This document shows positions 1 to 12,062 of a DNA stretch of 64,000 bases, piece by piece. How positions within the stretch are numbered: the stretch's first letter is position 1; the number at the start of each line of letters is the position of its first letter. The stretch spans positions 14,941,558 to 15,005,557 of the forward strand of contig NC_090399.1 in the NCBI RefSeq assembly GCF_036365525.1. Direction: 5' to 3'. The notes beneath the pieces were generated by a model. That model worked only from the letters and a program-made list of their open reading frames with translations. It was not told where the DNA came from and ran no database searches. Origin of the DNA: Heterodontus francisci. Taxonomy: Eukaryota. The translations under genes and the position numbers were made by a program.

Positions 1-1329
1 TGATGTGTGGGCGGCCCTCCTGCTTGGAGTGATGCAGCTTCTTTGGTTTGAGTCTAACCTTGCTGCACACCAGTGGTCGGGTGGTCAGTGTCGCAGTCTG
101 CACTGTGGAAACTGCGTGTGATTTGGACACTGTTTATAGAGGTTCGCCTTGTGACGATGAGGTCCAGCTGCTGCCAACGACGTGATCTTGGGTGCCTCCA
201 AGAAACCTGGTGACAGGGTTTAGTATGAAAGAACGAGTTGGTGATGCAGAGGTTGTGATAGGTACACAACTCAAGCAGTCTCTGTCCATTCTCATTCATC
301 CTTCCAATGCCATAGCGCCCAAGGCAGGAGGGCCATGAGTCATGGTCGGCCCCAACCCTGGCATTAAAGTCTCCCAGCAGGAGCAATGTTCGGTATTAGG
401 AATGCTAATAATGATATTATGGAGTTCCTTATCAAACTGGTCTTTAACTTCATGTGGGGAGCAGAGTGTTGGAGCATAGATGCTGAGTAGGTGTACTGGA
501 CCAGAGACGGTGAGCAGTCGGATGGACAGTATGCATTCCGAGCCATTTGAAGGTGGCTCTATCATGCTGAGCAAAGAGTTTCTGATGGCGAAGCCCACTC
601 CATGCTGTCTTGGTTCTTCAGGATCCCTACCCTGCCAGAAGAAGGTGTAGTCTTGCTCTCTTAGAGATCCGCTCACAGGGAGGCGAGTCTCCTGAACTGC
701 TGCAATTTCGACATTGAGTCTACTGAGCTCGTTGTTAATAATGGCAGTCTTCCGAGAGTCGTTGAATTGTGTAAGGTCTTCCGACAGGCCAGAACACATA
801 GTTCTGACGTTCCAGCTTGCAAAACGAAGCGCTTCTTTCCTTTTTTGTCGTTTGGTTCAGCGTTACAGTCCACTTGTCGGGCAATGACCCTGAGCTCCAA
901 GCACCCTGAAGCAGATGGACTGTGGTGGGACAGAAGCTTTCTGACTGGGGGCTGCCCAGTTTGAGGAGGGTGGTAGCTGTCCAGTGAGATGCGATGACCT
1001 CTCCTACCAACAAAGGCAACCTGTGGTGCCCAATCTTTACACCAGTTGAGCTGGACATATAACCTGTAACTGCTGCCTTCGGTGTTGTTTTGGTCGCTGT
1101 GAGGCAACTATGGACTGACCTCTCCATGGTGCATGCCTGGGTGGATGTATAGAGGTTGTGAGTTGCCCACGCGTCAAACCCCCCCCCCCCCCCCCCTCTC
1201 GGCCTTCGTAGTGGGGTCCAAAGGAGTGCAGAGCACAACGAATGGCACCGGTATGGCTGCAGGAACTGCTAGAAACATGCCAAAGGTGACACATTAAGGG
1301 TTCTGCTCTGGATTTTCTGTAGGATTTAC
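1..1329 (-). mobile_element. RTE-clade LINE, 5' part (5' UTR + APE endonuclease), frameshifted; runs off the window start
   Basis: ORFs 296-799 and 54-386 encode an APE domain (AAVQETRL, GVGFAI, IYAPT, LLGDFNARVG, SADCDTDH), near-identical to the RTE at 19180-21109. The UTR matches the RTE-derived element at 5250-5840 up to about 1329. Confidence 0.92.
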
Positions 1330-1351
1330 AATACAGGAACAAAAAGGATTA

Positions 1352-1403
1352 ATGTTTGTATACGGGAGGAGTCTCAGCTGGCTTGTAGCGATGATATTTG
1401 TAG
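1352..1403 (+). CDS. Leader exon of receptor 1 (MFVYGRSLSWLVAMIFV-)
   Basis: ATG at 1352 lies 15 nt after an acceptor (atacag, ends 1336), the same layout as the receptor 2 leader. The phase-1 donor AG/gtctac joins the V exon to give the signal peptide MFVYGRSLSWLVAMIFVATTA. The donor is weak. Confidence 0.55.
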
Positions 1404-3551
1404 GTCTACCGACGTTCTTTAGAATTGGGAACGTGAGTGTGTGTTAATGGATGGAGATGATTGCGCACCTAAGAATCTCCTGAGGGCTCACAGTAGATAA
1501 GGAAATGAAGTCGTGAAGGACAGTGAAGAGTGTTATCATGTAAGGCTTGTACTTTTATTTCTCTATGATATATTACAATTAGAATGAAGGTTTTTTGAAA
1601 ATAATGTTTGTGATTCCCAGATCACTGTGAAGCAATGAAACCCGCTGCCCTGCTGTGGACCTGGATGCTACTCTTTAGTAAGCTATTTGTTTTCTTACTA
1701 CACTTCACTGTTGTGTAGTCTGAGAAAGTTAAGTAACTGGTGGTCTTGAAGTATATGGGGAAATGGAAACAAATTTGGCATAATGATGTTATCCCAGCTG
1801 TTGTAGTAGCCCATACAAGGAAGAATGATGTCACTTTGAACATCTAATTGCCACGAGCATTTGTCTTACAGCGACAACTGCTAGGAAGATCAAAGTGTTT
1901 CAAACACCACCTTCCATTGAGGCGAGCGAGGGAGAGACTGTCCATCTTCTCTGCACCTACAGCACATCTCACGGTCAACGGATCGGGGCTTTCTCTTGGT
2001 ACAAAAACGTAAAAAACGGAACAGGAGATACCAGAGTAACTAATACATCCGAAAAATACTCGGGTAGGATAATGGAGGCGGACAGACCCTCTTTCAAAGC
2101 CAATCGAAACGCTTCTATCGCGATCACAAATGTGAAACAGGATGACTCAGGTGTTTATTACTGTCAGGTGGAGATAGTATTGGTCGCGAAAGAGTGTGGA
2201 CCAGGAACCATGTTAACAGTTAAACGTAAGTCTTATACGGAGAGAAAAGAGAGTAAGAATGAGAATGTGTATGTGTGTGAGAGAGATAGACGATATATAG
2301 GCAGATAGAGCGAGAGAACGAGAGAGATGGATGATAGACAGATAGATAGATCGATGGATAGACAAACAGATCGATAGATAGATCGATAGAGAGTCAGACA
2401 GTTATACGATTAGACAGACAGACTTATAGATAGATAGACAGATCGATAGATAGATAGATAAACAGACATACAGAAAAATAGACAGATAGATAGATGATAG
2501 ATAAATAGACATACGGAGTGATCGACAGATCGATTTGAAAAACTCCATAGTTATTCCATCTCTTTTTCACATTAGAAAATGTTTACTGGTTTAAACATTT
2601 CAACTTAATGCATGAGGATGACTATCTTGCAAACTGCTGCATTTCATGAAATAATCTCCATCTTAACATCATAGCTTTCAATGAATGAACGAAGACAAGC
2701 ATGTCACAAGACACACAGCTGCCAAAGTATTCAGTGCAACTAGTAGCCAACCTGCATGTAAAATAATCAGCCCAATAAATGGCCCCCACTGGCCATATGT
2801 ACTTGATAGTGAATATATAATCTTCATTACATTTCATGGTCCAATGGTACATGACCGGATTGTAAAAAAAATTCTAGCCATAATTCTGAACATGTTCATT
2901 TATCAAATCAGAAGGTAACATCACTCAACGTTTTTGAAAAGATATATGGCACTGAATGGATGGGTAAATTATTAATGCAAAAAACATGAACAGGAATTGT
3001 ACAAGCGAATGAAGACATTGCATTAAGTAAAGCATTTTGTGAATATATAGTAAATAATGGGTATCTCTAATTACATTGAGAATAGCAAGCTAAAATCTAG
3101 GGCGAAATAGATATCTGCCTTTATTGAGAGATAACAGAGGAAGATAACACTCGGATTCAAGACGAACTAACAAGAGGAATCATTAGTACAAAGCTGGAAT
3201 ACCACTCTGAATACAGGGAGACCTGGTCTGAACAAATGAGTGCAGGGCTGTTAAAGGAAATGGGTACCAAGCTGAGTAAATATTGCAATGAGCCGCTGGA
3301 GTAAACTAAAGGAAGTAATTGCTGATTTGACTGTTTCATTCTCCATAGAGCAAAAACAACCGGATAACAGTGGAAGTTCTCTGCTTTGGCAGCTGATGGT
3401 CGTAGGAGTGAAACTTGCAGTGTTTGTTGTGATCATCATTCTAACAATTTCCCTCGTACATTTCTGCGGATCTGGAGGTTCTCCTGTGACAATCACTGCA
3501 AAGAGAGAGGGAATTGAGCGAAGCGGCAAGTGTGCGATGGAAAACGGTTAA
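1352..3551 (+). CDS. NCR3: NKp30/NCR3-like VJ-type Ig receptor, activating type; join(1352..1403,1872..2225,3349..3551), about 202 aa
   Basis: Three phase-1-compatible exons sum to 609 nt: signal peptide, V domain resembling human NKp30 along its length, and a TM with Lys. The symbol means NCR3-family, not proven orthology. The 3' end of the model is uncertain. Confidence 0.75.
1872..2225 (+). CDS. VJ-type Ig V-domain exon of receptor 1
   Basis: Acceptor ttacag ends 1871 and donor gtaagt starts 2226. The exon has B-strand Cys (LLC), WYK, DSGVYYC and a J-like GPGTMLTVK in one exon. IGAFSWYK, RVTNTSEKYSGRI and CQVEI parallel NKp30 IGSVTWFR, EVRNGTPEFRGRL and CRVEV. Confidence 0.93.
2325..2533 (+). 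repeat. Imperfect (GATA/GACA)n microsatellite in receptor 1 intron
   Basis: Directly visible tagata/tagaca tandem repeats. Confidence 0.9.
3349..3551 (+). CDS. Stalk/transmembrane/short tail exon of receptor 1 (TM contains Lys)
   Basis: Acceptor ttcattctccatag ends 3348, phase 1. Translates QQKQPDNSGSSLLWQLMVVGVKLAVFVVIIILTISLVHFCGSG... and reads through to TAA at 3549-3551. The HFC at the TM end is shared with receptor 2. Confidence 0.82.
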
Positions 3552-3847
3552 ACTAAACCCATTGGCATTTTGGACAGTTTGTATTTTCAGTTGGATTATG
3601 AGGTGAAATTATAAGCGAAATGATTCTAATTGTTAAATGCAAACGCAAAAAGAAAATGTATATTGTATCGTAACGTAAATTGCGCTCGGGTATGTTTATA
3701 TGGCACACGTGATCTTCGTGTTGCTTTTATTGGATTGTTTTACCATTAACACATTGAGTTGTTCAAGTAATGAAACCGGTTGCGTGAAAGATTTTAGTAA
3801 ATTTGATTTGACCTGGGTCCCCACTTTAAATAGTTTTAACTCATTAG

Positions 3848-3925
3848 GTGGTGACACAATAAAAGTGCCGTCGACCGGTGTGCTGAGATATTTACACCAC
3901 GTTACCTCCTCCTTCTGGGAACCAG
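3848..3925 (+). CDS. Candidate alternative cytoplasmic exon of receptor 1
   Basis: Acceptor ttaactcattag, strong donor CAG/gtgagt, 78 nt, open in phase 1-1 (GGDTIKVPSTGVLRYLHHVTSSFWEP). No homology support. Confidence 0.3.
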
Positions 3926-4116
3926 GTGAGTGGTAACAGGAAAGATGTAATATCAATGGAATTAAAAACAGGAAAGCACTGTGAACACGCAACTAGAACA
4001 CCTATAATATTAAGCGACCTTTTATTACCTTATATCCTTCATACCCCTGGGTTATTGGGGGTTTCGATCCATGGGTTAGTGGGGGAGTTTGATCCCTCGC
4101 TTATTGGGGTTTTGAT

Positions 4117-5211
4117 AAACATAGCAACGTAGAAAATAGGAGCAGGAGTTGGCCATTCGGCCCTTCGGGCCTGCTCCACCATTCAAAATAGATCATGGCT
4201 GATCGTCTAATTCAATACCCTGTTCCTGCTTTCTCCCCATTACCTTTGATCCCCTTGGTATTAAGAAATATATCTATCTCCTTCTTGAATATATTTAATG
4301 ACTTGGCCTGCACTACCTTCTGGCGTAAAGAATTCCACAGGTTCACCACCGCCTGCCTGAAGAAATTGCCCTCATCTTGGTTCTAAATGACATACCCCGT
4401 ATCCTGAGACTTTGATCCCTGGTTCGGGACTCCCCAGCCATCGGGAACATTCTCCCTGCATCTAGCCTGTCTAGTCCTGTTAGAATTTTATATGATTCTA
4501 TGAGATTCCCTCTCATTCTTCTAAACTCTAGTGAATATAGGCCTAGTCGACCCAATCTCTCCTCATACATCAATCCTGACATCCCAAGAATCAGGTTAGT
4601 AAATTTTCTTTGCACTCCCTCCATGGCAAGAACATCCTTCCTCAAGTAAGGAGAACAAAACGGCACATGACACTCCAGATGTGGTCTCACCAAAGCCCTG
4701 TATAACTGCAGTAAGACATCCTTGCTCCTGCACTCAAATCCTCTTGCAATGAAGGCCAACATACCTCTCGCCTTCCTAACTGCTTGCTGCACCTGAATGC
4801 TTGCTTTCAGCGACTGATGTACAAGGACACCCAGGTCTCGTTGTACCTCCCCATTTCCCAATCTATCACCATTCAGATAATAATCTGCCTTTCTGTTTTA
4901 CAACCAAAGTGGATAACCTCTCATTTATCCACACGTTATACAGCATCTGCCAAGCATTTGCCTACTCACCCAACTTGTCCAAATCACATTGGAGCCTCTT
5001 TGCATCCTCCTCACAGCTCACATTCCACCCCCACCCTCCCCCACCCCCACCCCCACCCCCAGCTTTGTGTCATCTGCAAACTTGGAAATGTTACATTTAG
5101 TTCCCTCACCCAAGTCATTAATATATATTGTGAATAACTGGGGGCCAAGCACTCATCCCTGCAGTACCCCCCTAGTCACTGCCTGCCACCTGGAAAAAGA
5201 TCCATTTATTC
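4117..5211 (-). mobile_element. CR1 LINE 3' fragment
   Basis: ORF 4343-4861 (QRDLGVLV, LYRALVRPHLE, RRMRGNLIE) plus the CR1 3' UTR hairpin/tail. It interrupts a local cccctgggttattgggg degenerate repeat. Confidence 0.9.
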
Positions 5212-5249
5212 CTGGATTATTGGGGGAGGGGGTGTTGACCCCTGGGTTA

Positions 5250-5840
5250 TTGAGAGTTAATGGGAGGTATGACAAGCAGACACGTGGCATACAGGCCCAC
5301 TTCCATGTGGTTCCGCCCTGGTGCCAAGAAACAGACACCCAGCTATGAGTAAATAGCCTCACTGCCTTGTTTGGGGACAGAAGAAGGCTTAAGGAGTAAA
5401 CTGCGACAGAAAATCCAGAGTGGTGCCCCAGTAGGAGGTTACCTGTTACTTATCTAGCAGTTTTGTGGCAATTTCTGCAGCAGAGCTGGTACCAAACACT
5501 AGATTTTTTTTCCTTTTCCTTTGGACAATACTAGCGATGCCAAGAGATGGGGCCCTGATGCTTGGACAGTTCAGGGTCTCCATACTATTTTCCCAGGCCT
5601 GCACTCTGGAGAGGACACTCCAGCTTCATGATTGGCACAACATGTTAGCAAACAGTTAAAAACATCAGTCAACCTCAGGCAAATTATATTCATCTGTGCC
5701 AGCTGTGGAAGGGATTGACAGAGACAATTCAGCCTCCACAGCCACGACAACAATGTTCAACTCAGAAGTGATATACACCCCGGACGCAGTCCATCATCTT
5801 CTGAGAGGGATGGATGCCTCCTGTTACTACTGCTGCTACT
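5250..5840 (+). mobile_element. Internally deleted (bipartite) RTE derivative: 5' UTR joined to 3' end
   Basis: acagaaaatccagag...gcagcagagctggtacc matches the reverse complement of the RTE UTR at 1245-1329. 5685-5840 encodes a degenerate FICASCGRD zinc-knuckle end like the RTE at 22450-22590, followed by a (tac/tgc)n tail. Confidence 0.65.
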
Positions 5841-6206
5841 GTCCTTCATAATGATTAACAGCTAATCGGTGCTGCATATTCACAGATGTTTATGTACCTC
5901 TGGACCTCAAATTGCTATTTTAATACATTGATGAAGTTTGCTTCATTGAGAAATGTTCCATTTAAAGGCAAATATTCCCCGTAAACTCTAATCACAATCA
6001 CATGACTGACAGGGAATGTTTTAAATTAACAAAGAAGTATGTGCATTCACTGTGCACATCAAGCATTCTCATGTGAGGGGTAGCACAGCCTATGATAGCG
6101 AGAGGCTTCCTCTACAGTTACCCAACAATCGGTCTTAACAACACCTGTGAAAGTAACCAAACTCTTTTAAGGTAATCGTTTTATGTATTGCAATGATGTA
6201 TTGCAA

Positions 6207-6828
6207 TGATAGGGTTGTTAAGAAGGCGTATGGGGTGTTGGCTTTCAATAAAAGAAGGATTGGGTTTAAGAGCCACGAGGTTATGCTGCAGCTCTACAAA
6301 GCCCTGGTTAGACGACACTTGGAATATTGTGTTCAGTTCTGGTCGCCTCATTATAGGAAGGATGTGGGAGCTTTAGAGAGGGTGCAGTGGAGATTTACCA
6401 GGATGCTGCCTGTACTGGAGGGCATGTCTTATGAAGGAAGGTTGAAGGAGCTAGGGCTTTTATCATTGGAGCAAAGAAGGATGAGAGGTGACTTGATAGA
6501 GGTGCACAAGATGATGAGAGGCATAGATAGAGTGGATAGCCAGAGTCATTTTCCCAGGGCGGAAAGGGCTATCACCAGGAGGCATAATTTTAAGGTGATT
6601 GGAGGAAGGTTTTGGGGAGATGTCAGAGGTAGGTTCTTTACACAGAGAGTGGTGGCTGCGTGGAAAGCAGATACATTAGGGACATTTAAGTGACTCTTGG
6701 ATAGGTACATGGATGATAGTAGAATGAAGGGTATGTAGGTAGTTTGATCTTAGAGTAGGTTAAAGGCTCGGCACAACATCGTGGGCCGAAGGGCCTGTAC
6801 TGTGCTGCACTGTTCTATGTTCTATGTT
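6207..6828 (+). mobile_element. CR1 (HER1-like) LINE 3' fragment
   Basis: ORF 6193-6693 (LYKALVRRHLEYCVQFWSPH, RRMRGDLIE) and the tail gggccgaagggcctgt...(ttctatg)n. Confidence 0.92.
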
Positions 6829-7087
6829 TTATGATGTGATTCGGTACAGTCACCTTCTTGTAATAATTATGGCCATTGCTCTGCATTTCTTCTCATATTG
6901 ACTTTCGTAGAGGACATTGCTTGCAAGGGAGCCTCTTCAAAATATGGGAGATATTTTATCAGGCAACACAAAGGCACAGACGTGCACAGCATGCACAATC
7001 AGTAGCATAGATCAGATCTAAACTAAACATGAGGCTAATATTGACCTGAACCATATGGCTTATACATTTTTAAGTAAATCAATATTA

Positions 7088-7562
7088 AAGCTAAATAATG
7101 GTTTAATGAGTATTGCTGAAAATAGAGACATGTTGGCAAAGCTTTTTTGTCTTGCACTCATCGGGACAATCCACAAGAATACCAATGAAAGGGAAAACAA
7201 CAACTTTGTACTGTTTGAGACGAGAGTGCTGATTGGTTGGCAAATGAACTCTGATTGGTAGAGGCGTCACCATGGAGAACGCACCAGTTTATGGTGACTG
7301 AAAGTTAAATGCCAAGCTTTGTTTGAAATTTAAACTAGGCAGATTGACTCTGATTGGTCAAAGCATTGCCCTGAGGAATGAACCAGCTAATGACTGTCAC
7401 CTATTTTGTTTAGCTGAAAAAGGCGCAATGTGTGTACATGTTCTTTCTGACTGCAAAGAACAGGGCCCTGTATATTAACACATGTAGCTTCCAGTACAGG
7501 CAAATGCACCACAGTGCCAGCTGGACTGATAATCTTAAATTGGTTGTCAGTGTAATTCTTAA
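7088..7562 (-). mobile_element. Penelope-like element 3' fragment (second family)
   Basis: The minus strand translates VLEATCVNIQGPVLCSQKEHVH (C-terminus of a GIY-YIG domain). A degenerate hammerhead-like motif lies near 7135-7170. Confidence 0.65.
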
Positions 7563-8341
7563 TGATTCGAACTCTTCAACTACAGGCAAAGAAATGCTGA
7601 AAATAAAATAAAATGCTGCGAAGAATATGGAATCAACGAATGTCTCAGTTGTACATCACCTTCTGATAACGTTTACATTTGCTTTTGGGATCTGGCCACA
7701 ACACCGGTGATTTTTTTCCCTCGTATTTTTCGCCCATGTCGAGTTATCCCAGTCTCCCGAGGGCCTTAGATGAATGTAAGTTGTTTTTTGCTGCTAGGAA
7801 TCAAGATACGTTGAGGCCAAACTGAGCAACGGTGGCTCTTTACTCGCCCTGATGTGTTTTTATGCAATGTGAAAGCTTTCATGGTCGTTATCTCTGATGT
7901 CAGCCCGAAAATTATCAGATTTTCTCTTTCCAATCTCAAAGTTCCCCTGCCGGAATAGAGAACTTTTTTTTTATCTCGAGGTCACAAATCCGATATTGCC
8001 GGATCCTTGTGATAAATGCTTCAGTTCTGATCATCAAGACTTTTTTTTATTTAGCATTTTAACTTGCTGCAGTTGCTCCACACTGTTGATGTCAACAACT
8101 GAAAAAAGTATGAAACATATCTTGATCTTAAAACGTGTCTGTGAGCGATAATATTTTCGCGTTGGGCCATGTAGCAGATATCTCAGAGTCTTGTTCACAA
8201 CAGACCTCAAAAATTATCATCGCAATCCTCCATTCATTTACCCTGCACGCTTTTGATGAACCAGTTATGCAGGACAGTCACTAACCATAGGCCGATGTTA
8301 TCTTGTCAAATTGTACAACCATCCGGTTTTAACGTTACAAT

Positions 8342-8476
8342 AAATGCAAAATACCGCAGATGCTGGAAATCTGAAATAAAAACAGAAAGTGCGAGAATTA
8401 CTCAGCAGGTCAGGTAGCATCTGTGGAGAGAGAAGCAGAGTTAACGTTTCCGGTCTGTGACCTTTTATCAGAACTG
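8342..8476 (-). mobile_element. Penelope terminal (pLTR) fragment with minimal hammerhead-like motif
   Basis: Same sequence as the ends of the Penelope elements at 26557-26645, 43230-43330 and 46133-46275. Confidence 0.8.
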
Positions 8477-8904
8477 TTCATCATCTGTTTGTGGGATCTT
8501 ATGATGTATCCTTAAAATGCCAAAGTGTTTCAGAGTAAGTAGTTGTTACAGAAAGTCAGTCATTGGCTAAAAAGTATTTTTCACACTGCGCGAAATTCCC
8601 CTTAATAGTTGTGTTTCATTTCAAGTATTTTCATCCAGTTACTAATAGGGTAGTAAAACTAAATCATGAGGAAGTCTGGTCAGTATAAAAATGAATCATC
8701 ATTTCGTGGCATGATCTATGTTCTGCTCACTGGTAAGTTACAGAAAAGTACGTCATTGCCTTGCCATTTCACAATCTGCTTTTTTAACCGCAAATCGATC
8801 AAAATGTCCTGGGAATAAATTTGGACAGAAATTTTTCATCTCCTTTTCTCTAGTAACTGAATTATTCGTAATAAGCCCTTAAACAAAATAAAATTTATAA
8901 ATTA

Positions 8905-11225
8905 TATGTTGCATGGTGGCATTGTCTTCACCAATCTGGTACCGCAGATGCATCTGTCCATGACAGTGTTGGGAGGAGTAACCGCCACACGGTCCTTGTG
9001 GAGACAAAGTCCTGTCTTCACATTGAGGATACCCTCCATCATGTTGTGTGGCACTACCACCGTGGTAAATGGGATAGTTTTCGAACAGATCTAGCAATGC
9101 AAAACTGGACATCCATGAGGCGCTGTGGGCCATCAGCAGCAGCAGAATTGTACTCAACCACAATCTGTAACCTCATAGCCTGACATATCCCCCACTCTAC
9201 CATTACCATCAAGCCAGGAGACCAACCCTGGTTCAATGTAGAGTGCAGGAGGGCATGCCAGGAGCAGCACCAGGCACACCTCAAAATGAGGTTTCACCCT
9301 GGTGAAGTTACAACCCAGGACTATATGCATGCCAAACTGTGGAAGCAGCATACGATAGACAGAGCTAGGCAATCCCATAACCAATGGATCAGATCTAAGC
9401 TCTGCAATCCTGCCATATCCAGTCGTGTATGGTGGTGGACAATTAAACAACTAACTGGAGGAGGTGGCTCCACAAATATCCCCATCCTCAATGATGGGGG
9501 AGCCCAGCACATCGGTGAGAAAGAAAAGGCTGAAGCCTTTGCAAAAGGCTTCAGCCAGAAGTGCCGAGTCATTGAGTCATCTCGGCCTCCTCCTGAGGTA
9601 CCCAGCATCACAGATGCTAGACTTCAGCCAATTCGATTCACTCCACGTGATATCAAGAAATGACTGAAGGCACTGGATACTGCAAAGGCTATGGGCCCTG
9701 ACAACATTCCGGCAATAGTACAGAGACCTGTGCTCCAGAACCTGCTGCACCCCTAGCCAAGCTGTTCCAGTACAGCTACAACACTAACATCTACCCGGCA
9801 ATGTAAATAATTGCCCAGGTATTTCCAGTGCACAAAAAGGAGAAGCCCAACCCAGCCAATTACTGCCCCATCAGTCTACTCTCAATCATCAGTAAGGTGA
9901 TGGAAGGTGTTGTTGACAGTGCCATCAAGCAACACTTGCTTAGCAATAACCTGCTCACTGGTGCTCAGTTTGACTTCTGCCAGGGCCACTCAGCTCCAGA
10001 CCTCATTACAGCCTTGGTTCAAACATGGATAAAAGAGCTGAACTCAAGAGGTGAGGTGAGAGTGACTGCCCTTGACATCAAGACAGCATTTGACTGGGTA
10101 TGGCATCAAGGAGCCCTAGCAAAACTGGAATCAATGGGAATCAGGGGGAAAACTCTCCGCTGGCTGGAGTCAGCACAAAGGAAGATGGTTGTGCTTGTTG
10201 GAGGTTAATCATCTCAGATCCAGGACATGACTGCAGGAGTTCCTCAGAGCAATGTACTCGGCCCATCCATCTTCAGCTGCTTCATCAATGACCTTTCTTC
10301 AATCATAAGGTCAGAAGTGGGGATGTTTGCTGATGATTGCACAATGATCAGCACCATTTGTGACTCCTCAGACACGGAAGCAGTCTGTGTAGAAATGCAG
10401 CAAGACCTGGACAATATCCAGGTTTGGGCTGATTAGTTGCAAGTAACATTCGCACCACACAAGTGCCAGGCAATGACTATCTCCAACAAGAGAGATTCTA
10501 ACCATCTCCCCTTGACATTCAATGGCATTACCATCGCTGAATCCCCCACTATCAACATCCTGGGGATTGCTATTGACCAGGATCTGAACTGGAGTAGCCC
10601 TATTAACACCGTGGCTACAAGAACAGGTCAGAAGCTAGGAATCCTGCAGTGAGTAACTCACCTCCTGACTCCCCAAAGCCTGTCCACCAACTGCAAGGCA
10701 CAAGTCAGGAGTGTGATGGAATACTGTCCACTTGCCTGGATGGGTGCTGCTCCAACAACACTCAAGAAGCTCAACACCATCCAGGACAAAGCAGCCCGCT
10801 TGATTGGCACCCCATCTACAAACATTCACTCCCTCCACCACCGACGCACAGTGGCAGCAATGTGTACCATCTACAAGATGCACTGCAGCAAAACACCAAC
10901 GCTCCTTCGACAGTACCTTCCAAACCTAAAAACTCTACCAACTAGAAGGACAAGGGCAGCAGACGCATGGGCACATCACCATCTGCAGGTTCCCCTCCAA
11001 GCCACTCACCATCCTGACTTAGAACTATATCACTGTTTCTTCACTGTCGTTGGGTCAAAATCCTGGAACCCCCCTTCCTAATAGCCCTGTCAGTGTACCT
11101 ACCCTACATGGACTGCAGCAGTTCAAGAAGGCAGCTCACCACCACCTTCTCAAGGGCAATTAGGGATGGGCAATAAATGTTGACCTAGCCACTGATGCCC
11201 ACATCCCAGGAATGAATGAAAAAGA
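8905..11225 (+). mobile_element. CR1-group LINE (second family), 5'-truncated, degenerate RT
   Basis: ORF pieces ALDIKTAFDWVWHQG, AGVPQSNVLGP, MFADDC and MEYCPLAW. 3' tail aagggcaattagggatgggcaataaatg...gaatgaaaaa. Confidence 0.9.
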
Positions 11226-11750
11226 AATTGAACAATTGTGTGATCTTCAGTGACTTAGGATCTACTTACACAGTTTTTTTAAGTGATGGCCCTTAGCACT
11301 CCTTAAAGCCTTAGTTTGAACTTAATCGTTTTCCCCAGAGATGTGACTGTGAGCTGCATGTGGATTGTGCAGAATGGGCATATACATTGCATCTAACGTC
11401 TCCAAGACTACTACTGCCAGTTAGTTATTGGACCAGACAAACAAAACAGGGAAATGTCAAAGATTCTGTTCTTGCAAAGGTTTATATTGAGAATTATTTT
11501 GTTATGAAATAGAGGTGGAGTGATTTGTGTGCGGGTGACAATGAGAGAAATTGCCATCAAATTACACAGTAACGTTTGATTTGTGTTCTAGACATTTCAG
11601 AAAGTGTATTAAGCTGAACTGAAAAGGAAAGGAAACACATTGCTCTGCAACCAAATGCTATAACGATTCTTATTTTTGTTCAACATTGATCAACCTGACC
11701 AAAGTAAGTTTATTGGAATTTATTTGGAGGAATGCTTTCCTTCAAGAACT

Positions 11751-12062
11751 TTTTTTTATTTGTTCATGGGATGTGGGCATCGCTGGCTAGGTCAGCATTT
11801 ATTGCCCATCCGTAATTGCCCTTGAAAAGGTAGTGGTCAGCTGCCTTCTTGAACCGCTGCAGTCCATGTGGGGTTGGTGCACCCATAGTCCTGTTAGGAA
11901 GGAGGTTGCAGGATTTTGACCCAGCGACAGTGAAGGAACAGCGATATAGTTCCAAGTCAGGATGGTGTGTGGCTTGGAGGGGAACTTGCAAGGTGGTGAT
12001 GTTCCCATGCATCTGCTGCCCTTATTCTATGTGGAAGAGGATGCGGGTTTGGAAGTTGCTCT
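11751..12062 (-). mobile_element. 3' fragment of the same LINE family as 8905-11225
   Basis: Reverse complement of the 10940-11225 tail with a poly-T end. Confidence 0.88.

Noticed and set aside
1352-1432. Longer leader exon using the strong gtgagt donor at 1433
   Set aside because: It is phase 0 relative to ATG 1352 and cannot join the phase-1 V exon in frame. The weaker donor at 1404 gives a proper signal peptide.
1872-2225. Rearranging TCR or IgL V segment
   Set aside because: The J-like motif is in the same exon, no RSS was seen, and the next exon is TM rather than a C domain.
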